Positions 38,816 to 56,800 of a stretch of 64,000 nt of DNA are shown here, piece after piece. Source of the stretch: Tubiluchus corallicola. Its lineage: Eukaryota; Animalia; Priapulida. The notes under the pieces were generated by a model that worked only from the letters and a program-made list of their open reading frames with translations, searched no databases and was not told the origin of the DNA. Each line of letters opens with the position of its first letter. The stretch's first letter is position 1. The stretch spans positions 242,803 through 306,802 of the forward strand of contig JAQGDQ010000277.1 in the NCBI GenBank assembly GCA_030141605.1, read 5' to 3'. The translations under genes were made by a program, and so were the position numbers.

Positions 38816-40820
38816 TCAGGACCGTCCCGAACAATAGTCCACGTCATTCTTCTGCCACCAGAAGTCTTTCCTGAGCACTGAGCAACAGTATCGAAGGTTC
38901 TGCTAACAATAGCTGTTCTTATGATGTGTCGAAATATATAAGCATACATATCGGAATATACCAGGTCAGCTGAACAAAGAAGTTAGTATCTACCTTGCTC
39001 CATCCAACTCTAGCCAGCTTCTAATTATTTTAGACGACTGACTTGACTAATGACTAGGTGACTTTTGCCTTTTCTGTTTGCCCAGTTTCACTTATCACCA
39101 TTCGTACATTTTCTTTCTTTGTAATGGAGATAAATGCAATTAATTATTATGAAATACTGATAATTTAGAAACAAGAAGATTGTCGGTAGACAAGAAGGAG
39201 GTTAGCAAAACTCCTTTAGGACCGCGCCGTTCAAAGTAGGTATCTTAAGATCTATGATTTTTTTGCTGCGGTATGAACACAGACATAATTAAATGACTAC
39301 AAATTTGGTACAGTTCTATTCAGGAGGATCTCATGCTGCTATACAATCAAACTTTTTTAAAACATTTATGATTTAACTGAAGAAAATTAAGAAAAACACA
39401 CTATTTACAGGAACTTCAACTTAGCCTGTTGAGTAGCTTAGTCTGATATATACTTGCGTGATCGTACACACTATTTTATATTGATCGCCTGCTTGCTGCA
39501 ACCCAAGAGATTCGTCTCCTGTACAGAGTTCCAGGAAAACCAACCGATCAGTCAAATAGAAATTAATGGTCGTTTTATCTTTTAACAGGAATTTCTTCTT
39601 AAAAATACAGTAGACTTGTAGGGAAAGTGTACCAGAGTGTTGTGTCTGGACAGCTGAAATTTTCAGCACTAGCCCATTTCACACAAGTGATACTGTACAT
39701 TGTTAGAGCGCAAACATTGCAGTTGCTGAAAGCTTTTTTCATTTTTTTTCGTCAAAATGATTTTTAATTTGTCTAAGGTAAGCAAATGCACTTCATGTAT
39801 AAATAATTGCCAGAAGTAGAAACCTACAAAATCATCAAAAAATATAACGTAATTGCTGCTTACAGACAGACAGAAGAAATAGAAACTGTACAGTACGTCA
39901 CAAATTGTGACGAATGTCTGGGCATTATTATTGTTGTCGTCGTCGTCGTCGTCGTCCTTCTTCTTCTTCTTCTTCTTCTTCTTGTTCTTTTTGTTGTTCT
40001 TGTTCTTCTTTTTATTATTGCTATTGCTATAAAATTTGTATTGTAATTTTTTAAAACAATTTGCAGATCAGTACGTCAGTCGACCAAACTTACAGGCGTG
40101 TGAATTTGAAAACAACGTTCAGCCCGGCTATATTTATAGTTATTGCTAAGCAAAAGTAATGGTTATTACAATGTCACTGTTACACTTTTTAACCGAGGCA
40201 AGTATTTCCAATATGACCTTATCATTAATCACTGCTATATTGGGGACACTCAGAACACAATATAGGTGTGTGCTAAACCATACAACTTTTCACTGCAAAG
40301 AAAGTTAATTTGCTTGACAGTCACTAAAAGCTTTTGACTAAGGCATGATTAATTATCATTAGCCGTCTATAGGGTGACGCGAGAGAATGTCTATTTCTTT
40401 TATTGTATTAGGCGTGACTTACCTTTCTTTAGTAGAGCAGAGTTTTGCAAGTTTAAAGGGACATATGAACAGAAGGTAACCTAGGTTATGAGTTAACGAA
40501 CTGAAGATATTTAGCCATATACAACCTATACTGCGGTTATTCTTGTTTCTAGCACCGTTTATCAGCTGCAGCGAGAAATAATTCTTGAAAAACTCACCGT
40601 AGTTAATGCATTTTAATTTAAGTTAAATTATCAAAGTATAGGCGTTTTTCGTGAATAAAATTAATTTCTATACAATTTTTGCTGTTTTTCACCTTCTTAT
40701 AACGCTTTTCAGTATACAGTGGTGAAATATAATAGGCTTTGAATACACAAAAATTGCGCGTATCATTATTTAGCGTTTTTCGTGAGAATAAGATTTTATA
40801 ATTTTACTAAAGCCGACAAA

Positions 40821-45209
<4,389 letters not shown>

Positions 45210-48200
45210 AAAACATATTTTTTATTTTTCAAAAATTGCCTTCTCTTATATTAATAATATTTAGTACCGTACTCTAGAGTGTAGAGTATGTGAACTACCA
45301 CAAAAGCAGTCAACTTAAATGCTGATCTACAGTTAGAAGTTTGAATGTTACAGAAGAATATTTTTTTAAATTTGTTTTACTTAACAAGTTTAGGCTACAT
45401 ATGGGCTATATAGAGGTCATGAAAACTCTATGTTGCATACTCAATGACAAGGCCGACGTTTGATTTTTGTAACTCACAATGGCCACGTGACTTTACCAGA
45501 ACCTAGTTCACTGTCACCGACACTCCAGTCCTCTATGGTGTTTAGCTGAACAGGCAGAAATTCTCAGCCGGATTCAGACGCGGTATGCGTTCTCTATCGT
45601 ATAGTAAATAAACGCAGTAACTGACACCCAAAAGCAGTTTTTCTAGGGTTTACTCATTCAGTCACTCACAAGGTTCGTTGTCGCTTAACTTCTGCCGCTA
45701 AACACGCATCGTAAAATGCAATACTATTCCCCTCGTTACGTGCAGAAATTTAGCCCAGTCTTTGCTAGTCTGTTTGCGGATGAAAATATTTTTTGCTAAA
45801 AAATTAAATTTTTTAACAATACCTCTGCAGACAACGTCTGTTACTATATAGGCTGTACGTAAGGCAGTTGAAGTAAGCGCGTTGGTAAAAGAGGGAGACG
45901 GAGACATTATTGCAAAACTTAATTTTTTCGCTTTTTCAATCAACTCTTTTGAATTTAGGCCATGAACTTTTCTCTCGCACCTCGTGCCAACTTAATTAGC
46001 TTTGAAAAAGCAAGTAATTACACATAAGAAAACAAACCCATGATAGATAAGGAGAAAAAATGTCGGCTTGACACAGATTACTTTTTATTTGTACAAATAG
46101 CATAGAAAATTGAGTTAGTGTAATTATGTCAATTTAATTTAACTTCATCAGTAAAACGTTTTTCAATTTGTGTATGAAATCAAATCTGTAAGAAGAAGAA
46201 CACGAATAGCCGTGGAACGCAAAAATAAGCAATTTCAATTTTGAGTTACTAAAAATGTTGCTTTCAATTTTCCATTGTTTAGTATTTCATTTCCCTTCGT
46301 TTTGCCTCTCAGTTTTAAGAACGGCTGCACGTCGGCATCATGTTCTTTCTTTTTTCTTTATAATAATATCTCAATTTTATAGGTTATGATTCGTATATAT
46401 AGTTTTAGGCACTTTTATTATGTCTTTTATATTTTTATTAGTATCTCTCTTATTAATGTTGAAATTTTAAATGACAGTTAATGTGCATGCTTGTAATTGC
46501 ATTGTATTATTTTTGTAAAATCATTTAACATTTTATAGATTTTTACTATTATTTATTCCATTATATTAATGCCATACTATCATACTGGTAGATGTTTACT
46601 GTAGCATAAAAAACAGAATTATTTTGCATTTTTATAGGCATAAAGCAAATGGACATTCACCATATAATATGTAGATAAACAGTTTTTTGTGGTTTTAACT
46701 TTGGCCTGCTACAATATAGTCAATGACAGTGTCAGAGTTTAATTTTATGTAATAAAAGCCTCCGTATTTTGACATTTCTTTCGATTTTTATAATAGTTTT
46801 AAATGTTATTATTGCGTGTATTTTTGAAAATCAATCTTGTGGGTGTTATTACCAATGTGTGCCGTTTATATGTATTTTTTGCATTGATTTAACGCATTAC
46901 AACCAGACTACGTCGACTGTAGCCAGTTGCACTTGAAAAATTGACTTTTCAAAATTCGATTATTCAAAGTCCAGTTTAAATAGGCTAAGTTTCACTCCAT
47001 TTGGAATGTGGCTCCCCCGCTTATAAGTCCAGTTCCTTCACTATGCTTATCAAAAAGGCTAATAAAAAAGCGACGACTACAATTGCTCACAGTTAAGAAC
47101 TTTTTCTCCAATGCGTTGTTACGACTATGAGGTTACATTTTTCTTGTATTTTATCAATAAACATTTTTTTCCAATTCTTTACAGAAATTTTACTGAAACT
47201 CATTTACAATTTCTTAATCTTGCTGTTTTCCAATAGAAGTAATAATTAACCCAGTAATAAATATCTGTCCAGCTATCTTCACTCTTTTCTAGTGGGTAAT
47301 CAAGTTGATTTCATTAACATGTACTCTTCCATACATCCAATGCTAATTCTGGTGAAATCTAATAACATTCTAGAACAGCGTGTTAATAGGCACTGATAAG
47401 AATCGGTCAAAACCAAGATTTTGTGGGCTTACAAAATAAGCATAGGCCTACTTAGATCTGTAAACAGAATGAGAATATTTTCGCACATGCACGGAAACAC
47501 CTTTGATCACTCTATATTTTTTGTTTTCAGTGACAATCATGGGAAGTTCGATAGAATATTGACCTATACGTAGAATTATTCTAGCATGTGGATTTATGAT
47601 TATCATGCATATTTTTATATGAAGTATGCAGAACACATTTAAGCGGTACACTCAACTGATAGGCAAAATAGGGGTTGTATAGTGAAATAATTAATATTTG
47701 AAACAAATATTAAAATTTATTTCTGAATGATAGTAAAACATTTATTATAACATATATATATTTGAAATCATGGCCTGACCAAATAACAACAATATCTATT
47801 GCCCATTCCTTATGGCACTTGATGATTTGCAGTATGCCTAATGACTTTTTTAATGGAAAAACATTTTTTCTTTCAGTGATTTTTTTTCAGAATATTTAAG
47901 ACCTTAATAAAAGCACTTAAAAAGCAGATTGTGTTCATTTGGCCGAGAATTAATGGTGCTAATATAGCTATTTACAAGTTCACAACAAATTGTCTAACAA
48001 CTTCAAAATGGACAAAAACTTTGAACAACATTTAGGCCCAATGAGTTAAAGATAAATGCAACGTGAAATAAATGCATTTTACAAAAGTTACACAATTCCT
48101 GTCTTTATCAGATGTACAATCTAGGTTCTACATCCTATAGTGGCTATATAATATCTATTGTACAATAATTATTGTAATAATAATTATAACGAAGTTACAT

Positions 48201-49083
48201 TTACTGCGCAGTTTCTTGTTTACAATACAAAAAAGTTGAAATTGTGAAATTAGCATTAATTTAGGGCATATTAGATACACCTCAGATATGGCAGCTTATA
48301 CTAATATAAGATTTTTTATATGTAGTTAAATAAAACTTTTATCTAGACATACTGTCTAGAATGAAGGCAGTGAGAAAAAGTGGATAATAATAAAAGTCCT
48401 CAAAAGATTTAACAGATGATGGTGTTCTCGCGGTATTTTTAGACTCCTTCCCATGGTCCTGGAAAAAAGATATTTTTTAGAAAACTTTGATTAATTAACC
48501 TACTTGAATTATCACAATTTTAAATCCACGTATGGTGATGGTGTGCCATAATAACTATTGTTTATTATTGCTTGCTATCTCTTAATTTTTTCATCGTGTG
48601 TTTAGGACTATATGTCTAGCCAGGTGTATTTTTCTCTTTTACTTAAAAAATGAAATAAAGGTGGCAATAAAACTAGTCTGAGCATATAAAGTGGTGCCAT
48701 TTGCAGGCGTAAGTGGCAATCAAAAGCAATTCAGTATAATTTTATGGAAGATCGTGGGAAGTATGAAATAATCCTACCCTATCAAATTTCAATTAATAAT
48801 AATGATTTGTGATGCTATTCATTGAAATTAATAAATATATGGTTTTACCTGTATTGGAAAAAAAAACAAAAAAGGTTTTAAATGTCTCAAAAAAAGATAA
48901 ATTTTCTGGAATGAAGACAATGTTTTTTTTACCTTTTTCGGAAAGATAAATGGAGTAATTATTTTATCTCATTTGGACAAATTATTGGGTCGGATGGTAA
49001 TGAGCTTACCTGTCGTGAAAAGACGGAAGCGATTTTACTTGTCCTGGAAGGATGGCATGATATAACCTGTACGTGTAAGGTGT

Positions 49084-51559
49084 TAAAATTTTTTACCTGT
49101 ACTGGAAATAGAGACTTGAGCTGATGCCTCAGCAATGCCAAGTTCGTTACTGGCATGACACGTGTATACTCCTTCATCTTCCTGACGAAGACCTTGAATT
49201 TGGACCCATGAAGTAATCTCATAACTCTCAGGTCCACCTCGGGTTTGAATAGCAACATGATCGTCATCCTCTGTTGTAAATCAGATGTATGCTAATAAGG
49301 TAATTATTAGCACACCACGTATTTACATGCATATGCAGCACTTATTTCATTTACTTTTAACAGAATATGGAGAATAAAAAATATACCAAATGTCTTAAAA
49401 TTAGCAGTTTCATTTTATAGTCAACTAGAAAGCTTAAATGTATTACCAGCTGACACAAAAGAGCACATGTTCTATCAGAAAATAGTATTTTAAGGTTGTA
49501 GCAATGTAGGAATGAAGAATAAATTTGACAAAAACAAATGGGGAAAAGGAAACGTTTTAGCACCGTACTTGGCAAGTAGACAGTTTCTCCATCACTTCCA
49601 ATGAATGTCCATTCAAATACCGGAATTGGATATCCCATTCCTTCGCATGCCAATGCAACGTCATTTCCCAAAGATTCTGTTACATCGTCTGGTGGTGAAG
49701 CTATCCATGGCGCTAGGTGGAGAAGACGAAAATTTGTGAAGCATAGAGTTAAAATAAAAAAAATGTGCGAAACAAGTTTGCAAACTAAAAACGCACTTAT
49801 GCGAAGTGTTTAACAGGAAAATTGAAAATGCAAGACATGCTTGAAAGATGAAAGAATATCAAAACATCAGAAATATGTATAAAAATGTTTCAAGAAAAAG
49901 TCCCCACTGACGCAGGTACGCCCACAGGTCGGTACAGGTGTAAATTACCTCCTCGGTGTTTCCTATATAGTTTTCAGCAAAGTTGAGATTTTTTCATAAG
50001 AAATATAATACATTTAAGAAAGACTGTTACATTTATATATAAATAACAAAATAATAATAAAACCGCTTTGGCGAGGTGTCTTTCATTGTTCAATAATACC
50101 AACAGTGTAATTTTACGTACGTTGATATGTTTTATTATAAACACTGGAATCAAAAATGAAACATGAACATTGAAAGACAGTTGCAATACAACTGTTTATT
50201 GTTGTCAGCATTTTCCTTTTTTGTTAGGCTTGTTTGCCATTATGAAAAACACGTTTTGTAAACATAATTAGAAAGAATATAAACATAATATTATTGCATG
50301 TATTGACATGTTTTTCCAAACTTTTGCACTTTGAAATTTTTACTATACGTAGTTTGATATGCCATAGATTTCACGCCATAAATGTTAGCACAGACTATAT
50401 TTACTGCATATGCAAGGCATTTTGCGTTCTAACCCATGCTATGCGCTCATAGTACTAGTCGTCCGCAAGTTACTGTTGCTTGTGCTGCAATTTGTAGGGC
50501 GTTTCTTTGGAACGACGTAACCAAAGATGCTGAGCTCATGTAAGCAGACGCCTCCATTTTCGCATCTGCTGACATGTGTGGATGATGGGAATGTACAGCA
50601 TCAGCAACAAGCTACAGCAGGCTGATGTGTTTGAAACAAGGTCAGTGCTCGATGATGGTTTCATTGCATTCGTTTTCCGCTCCGGCAGCAATGGCAGCTC
50701 GGTGAATTACACATTTAGATTAGCAACTCCAAAACATTCGTTCAAAATTTTGAATTGATAGACCTATTTGCCGGACAAAATGCACGTTATCCTAACCTGA
50801 TTTGCAGGCTCCACGACGAGCAATTTTGATTTTTTGTCTGGTCGCGTAAGCTTCTTCCATCAAGTGGCACAGATTCTTGTAGGTCTTTCCGTTTTCCCCA
50901 CATAAAACTTCTGTATACCTGCAAGAGGGGTATTTAAAGTTAGATAATTTTAACTCGTCGCATTCATGAATTAAATCACGTGTAATAAAAATAAAAATTG
51001 TTGGACATTGCAGTTAGACATTGGGCAAATTGTGTGAACGCTCGTTTAAATATATTGTGGGTCTTTTTGTGAGGCTTTTTGTGAGTCAACCTTAAGTTAC
51101 TTAGCCTTCAAATCACCTAAACCTTCACGCTTTAGTTACTTTTCTTTTTACACTTACTTTTTGAGCAATTGTTCTCCACATCGAAACATCATTTCGCTAT
51201 TACTGTCGTCGTCGACGGTGTCATCATCACCATCATCATCGTCGTTGCCGTCGTTATCTTCATCGCTATCATCATCATTATCGTCGTCATCATCATCATC
51301 ATCATCATCATATCATCAACACCATCACGGTTTGTGATAGCTTTGATCACAGTATTAAGGGTGTTACTATCACATTATAACTATCTTTGCCATTGAAGAC
51401 TGCTATGGATGTCACAAAATCACTATTATCAGTGATATTATTATAATCATCACCATTCATTTTTGTTATCATTGTCATATCTTACCGTCATTGTCGTTAT
51501 TGCCAGTGCCATCAACGGCAATGACAACAGTAACAACTACTACATCAAAAGCTATACAG

Positions 51560-51652
<93 letters not shown>

Positions 51653-53833
51653 GCTTTTTACTACTAGCTAGTGGTTGTTGTTCTGTCTTCATCAAAAATA
51701 TGGCAGTTACATTCTCATTTCTGACAGAGCTAATACAGTCATTTTCTATGACCATTTTGCAGCTACATGCCAAGAAATCAGCATGTTGAAGGGATTAAAT
51801 ATTTTTTCCATAAATAAAGAAAGACCGAAATTGAAACATGGAAACGATTGTAAATTCAATGCAGAACACATTCCAAAAATGTACTGGATGGAGGGTGTAT
51901 AATGTGTTGGTTTGACAGTTCAACTTAGTCGATCCTTATCTTCAGCTGCATCTGTGTGTTTATCAGTCTGGCTGTTCTCGCTGTTCACGCTATCAATTCT
52001 GGACCGCTGTTCTAATTTCAGTCAAACTGGCACCTATCTTACATACCTTGCAGGAAGCGTATGCCCGAGTTCTAGCTATGCAGTAAAAGTGGGTTGTTAT
52101 GGTAACCATGCTTGCCTGGTACTTGCAAATACTCCTAAAATTGATACTTTCCGCATTCAAAATGTATCTACTCCAAAACTGCTAAGGTATTGAAGACGAA
52201 ACTGCATGTCCGTCTGTCTCTCAGAGCCGTCGAACCAGTAACAGCCAGACGGCTTTCTGTTACCACATCTAATAACACTGTGATGTACACATCATACTCG
52301 TAGGCTCAAAAACCTTATTACTTTATTACTTTTCTGTTATATTTTTATTACTATGTTGTTTTGTAGCAGTAATTCCTAGTCACATTTTAGTACATTCTAG
52401 TTGGTAGTTGGGTGGTTGAGCTTAATCAATTGTTTTAGCTTGAAGAAGCCACATACAAACAATTGGACATGTAAAATGTAACGAAAAGGTCCTACCCTAT
52501 CACAGTATGTAAAATTGCTGTTAAGTCAACTGCACAGAAAAGCTTGTTTTCACCTGAATGTGTCGATTCCTAAATTTCAGAATTGCTTGGCTGCAGTCAC
52601 ATGCACTTGGAAATTTTACATATCCTTCTGGTATTGATCTGGCAAGATGGACAGACGTCTCCCGACATACTGTAGTTGCTTAAGGTAGGACAAGGGAAAC
52701 TCCACGCGGATTGGCATGATATGCTTTGTATGCCAGGCGGTTTGTTGGAAGCAGGACGTAGTGATGTTCTATGGTTGAGGCGCCCAAAATAATTAAGTTA
52801 ATATGAATAATTGGCCAGTATCTCTTGAGTAATCGAACGGTATCGGTTGTTGTGTACAATTCACGTATTATTATTATTTGCTAGCTTTTGTTTTTATTTC
52901 TTTCCTTTATATGAAATATTTAGAAGCGTTGTGCAATCATTACACGTTTACACGTTATTACGTATGGAATTGATTATGGATATTAGACAGGTGTGAACGT
53001 GCGTTATCTTTTTTTGAGAAATAGCGAAATTAGTCCCGACAGATATTTCTAAATACTACTCACACTGCCACAAATTTGTGTTGGAAAATTTTAGTGATTT
53101 ATTGACTTCTAGTTTAGTGTTTCTTGATTATTTTTGTGGTTGTGTAGCTTACTGTGTAGGTGTCATGGCTTCTTTATCAACGTACTATAGTCGAATAACC
53201 AAAATGCGTTAATTAGTTCTTTGCGTTTTCATAGAAGACTTTATTACAAGCGGTTTTTGCAGAATTCCATTCTGTGCCAAACTTCTCTGGGTGTCAAGGC
53301 ACATCCTGTATAGTTGGCTTGTTGTGAACCGGACTGGCTTGCGATTTTTCTGGGTAATTTGATAAGCATTGTTGTTTGTCATGCTGTTCTTGCTGTTAAA
53401 CTGTCTTCCTTTTGGATTGTAATTACTGTATGCGGTTATTTGGAGACGAAAGAGTGTGAAGATTAATTCTTAATGATGACATTCCTTAACAATAGGGAAA
53501 ATTATGATTTTATAAAAATAATTATCACAACTAATGTGATGCTCTAAAAGTAAATTGCAATTTAACATACTTGCACTGACACACAGCTTGTTGAGGTACA
53601 TCGTCTGGTGTATCATTGCGCAAGAGACATTCAAGGTCGTCTCCGCATTTAAGGTCATCGCTGTTGCATAGTTGACCTTCTTTCATACCGCACTGCCAAC
53701 AGCATCCACATTTATCTTTGACCACGCCAGCCACACATTCGCGCGGGTTATTACAACGTTTTGGGTCACATTGTCCACACTCTTCTGCGAATGCCACCCC
53801 CAGGAGAAATAACAATACCAATAATGTCTTCAT
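49084..53833 (-). CDS. IGFBP7-like: IGFBP-related protein (IB + Kazal + Ig domains), IGFBP7/KAZALD1/IGFBP-rP1-like; C-terminal exon(s) uncertain
   Basis: Exons 53833-53571 (signal peptide MKTLLVLLFLLGVAFA + IB domain with CGCCWQC), 50918-50797 (Kazal LCGENGKTYKNLC...GAC), 49712-49569 and 49270-49097 (Ig: LACEGMGYPIPVFEW...RGGP...DEGVYTCHASNELG); phases consistent. Confidence 0.92.
51220..51312. repeat. (ATC/GTC)n low-complexity tract
   Basis: Direct inspection. Confidence 0.85.
51561..51651. repeat. (TAC)n microsatellite
   Basis: Direct inspection. Confidence 0.97.
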
Positions 53834-56800
53834 ATCTGCAAATGTAAAGCTAAGTACACAGCATAAAAACAATGTACAGTAGACATAATTTATAAAGACG
53901 AGATACTTTTATTAAGCATTTCCTTTTACTGAAGTATCCTCCTGTTTATGCCAACACCACTTTCAATCTAAATCCTTAATCCTCTGCCTTTTCATGGCTT
54001 TCGCTATTTTCAAATCTGAACATGACAACCTGACAGATAACGCCAGTGAGACAGTAATATTTTGTCTAGTAAACCTACGTGAACATGTTGTTCTTCCATT
54101 TCTTTCCACTTTCTTTTGCTGTTCATATATTTCTTTCTTGTTTTTACAACTGTTTACTATATTCAAAGTGCAAGTTGCTCAAAAACTAATACGCGTGTCA
54201 GCGAATTGCAGAGACCCAAAATGATTAATATTTTTGCGTTAACTCTTTCTTTAATGTCATAATGGACCATAAAAGATATAACATCGTTTGTTTTTTCAGC
54301 TAAAAGGTGACCTTTTTTATCAGAAACTTAATTGACGACCCCTAACGAATGCGTAAAATATGATAGAGCTAGAACGGCATTATTAGACGACCTACTCGAC
54401 CACCAGATTATCACACGTGAGCTCTTACAAAATTAGAATCATGTAGTATTATACAGAAACGTATTCGAAAAATTTAAAACTGGTCATACAATCTTGCTTT
54501 ATTATCCATAGTTTATAACAGGAGTTTATCAAATCAACTTTTCGCTTTACAATACAATAGAATTTACTGTTAGATGATTTACCAGCCAACTTACCTTGTA
54601 AATGTATTTCATTATTACTGCTGTGATTAAAATATTGTGTTTATACTGTTCATGTATGTAAGTGTAATCACCATCTGGTGATTGATATTGAGTCAATTGA
54701 TTTATCAAATCGAGTGTGATATTAGTTTTGATGCCCGTTATTCTTTTATTAACACTTTGCACTCAGCACTTGCGCGGCGGAGATACCTGTATCAGACACA
54801 GTCTGTTTTGTAAATCCACTATAAATAAATAAAGTTTAAACTAAACTGTATAACATGATGTTTTTGTGTATCCAAGAAAAAACTCTTCTAACATTTTAAT
54901 TCCATGTCTAATGTCGTTATAAATTGTTATAAGTATTCAGCTTCAGTAGAACCAGACTGCCCAAGTGTTGCTTTAGGCGTAAGTGTAAGAACATAATAAA
55001 AAATAGCAGCAATTAAGTTGGAAGTAAATAAGTCAAAAATGAAATTTAGATAGCAAATGGTAAAAAAGATTGAGACAAATTATCGAAAGGCAAAAACGAA
55101 AAGGTAATAGGAAAAAGGCAAGGATATAAAAGGGCGAGATACGTATCAGGGTAAGTACAGGGGCAAAGAAAGACAAAGAGAACAAGCAAAAGTGTGAATT
55201 AGTCGAAGAAAAAGTTGTATAAAAGGCTAATAACTGGGCAAAAGATGAAATCGGCATGTCAAATAATGACAAAAAGGCTAGAAAATAAGAAGTTTATAAA
55301 TAACAAAACTAGATTAAAGGCCAGTTATAAGAATTAATAGACAAAAAATTAATAAATCTCGTAAATAACTTTACATTAACTCCTTCAGAAAACACATACT
55401 TTATATTAAATAAATCGAAACGTTTGCAAATTGGTACAGATGAATTTTAAAAAACCTTGGGCGATTCTATTAGTCAAATTAGACGAAAATCTGAAAACAA
55501 CTACTGCATTGGTAAGCTTCTCCATTTTTGCTCCCTCCTTCGATGCACTTCTGCTAATGATTAACACGTATTTCCAACATTTGATTCAGCAGGCATTCCA
55601 GTCAAACGTTTGCACAACAATCTTTATTATTGTTATTTCGAAATCACGAAGGGCGATTGAAGGTACGTTGGTCTTTTAGTGAAATTTTAAGTGGGTTGTG
55701 CAAAGTGCAGGATGTCAATTTGTGAAGTTCTAAACTTCCAGTGGAGATAGCCTCATGAGCCAATTCAGTGGCAAGCTGGATATCTTGCTTTGAGAACGTG
55801 ATACACAATTTGTGAGCAATGAAGAATGATTTTGCCTTGTTGCAATTCTACATTGTTAATAGTGAGATCATAATTATATGATCAGTTCTAAAATTTCAGT
55901 ATATTTCAGTCTGTGATTGAAGGTCTCCTTCTCAGACTGAGGGGCTGAGACTTTGCACCTCATTTCTAACTAACTTTAGAGTGCTGTCGCCATATTAAGT
56001 AGTTTCAGCCAAAATTTAAGCAAAAAGAATTGCAGAAGAACGCATTTGAGCGACGCAAAAGTTTATTAAGATTGGATAAAAACTAAAAAGAAAATCAGAA
56101 ATCAAAGTATTGTACACTCAGCAAAAAATACTTATTACATAATCTGTTTATGTAATACATAAAGTTACATTACTTAACTTTAAATCTTACCAATAACGGG
56201 GTTTTTTATAATTCAAAAGCTATCAAAAATTTTTGGTTATGTTTTGAACATTTTTGTTTGCTGTAATAGTTTAGACGCTGCATTGCTGAGTGGAAATCAC
56301 ATGTTTATCACATGAAATTTTCATAAACAATAAACAAATCCATCCTAAAACTAAACGGTGGACAACGGTGGTGAAGCATAATCATAAAACATAAGAACAA
56401 AAAGCAAAAAGTGGATTTTTCCAGTTTAGTAATTAACTGAAAGAAATACAATTAAAAACAACACTGCCAATAATTAATTAATTAACTGCTCGCCTGTGTA
56501 GGAAACTGACTTTTATCTTAAATCCGACAGCAAGAAATAAACGAAGAGCAACACTCTACATAAAGAAGTACAATAAACAAAGTCGGTCTAAGCCCCCTAT
56601 AGTAAATTTTAAATAACAGCCTAGTAATCATATTAATAAACTTTAAGGTAAGGTAAAAATCCACTACATACCGTGCACTGCTAGTTTCAACCTACAAAAA
56701 GACCAATTCACTTTGTGCCAGGACCACTATCCCTATCTCAACTGTATTCTAGAGCACTGACTGAGCGAAGCTGATTTGTGGATGCTGCCAGCTGCAGCCG

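Noticed and set aside
39807-40046. Hydrophobic V/L-rich ORF resembling a transmembrane peptide
   Set aside because: Made of (GTC)n and (CTT)n simple repeats.
51169-51789. Poly-I and poly-T/V ORFs
   Set aside because: Simple-repeat translations within the IGFBP7-like intron.
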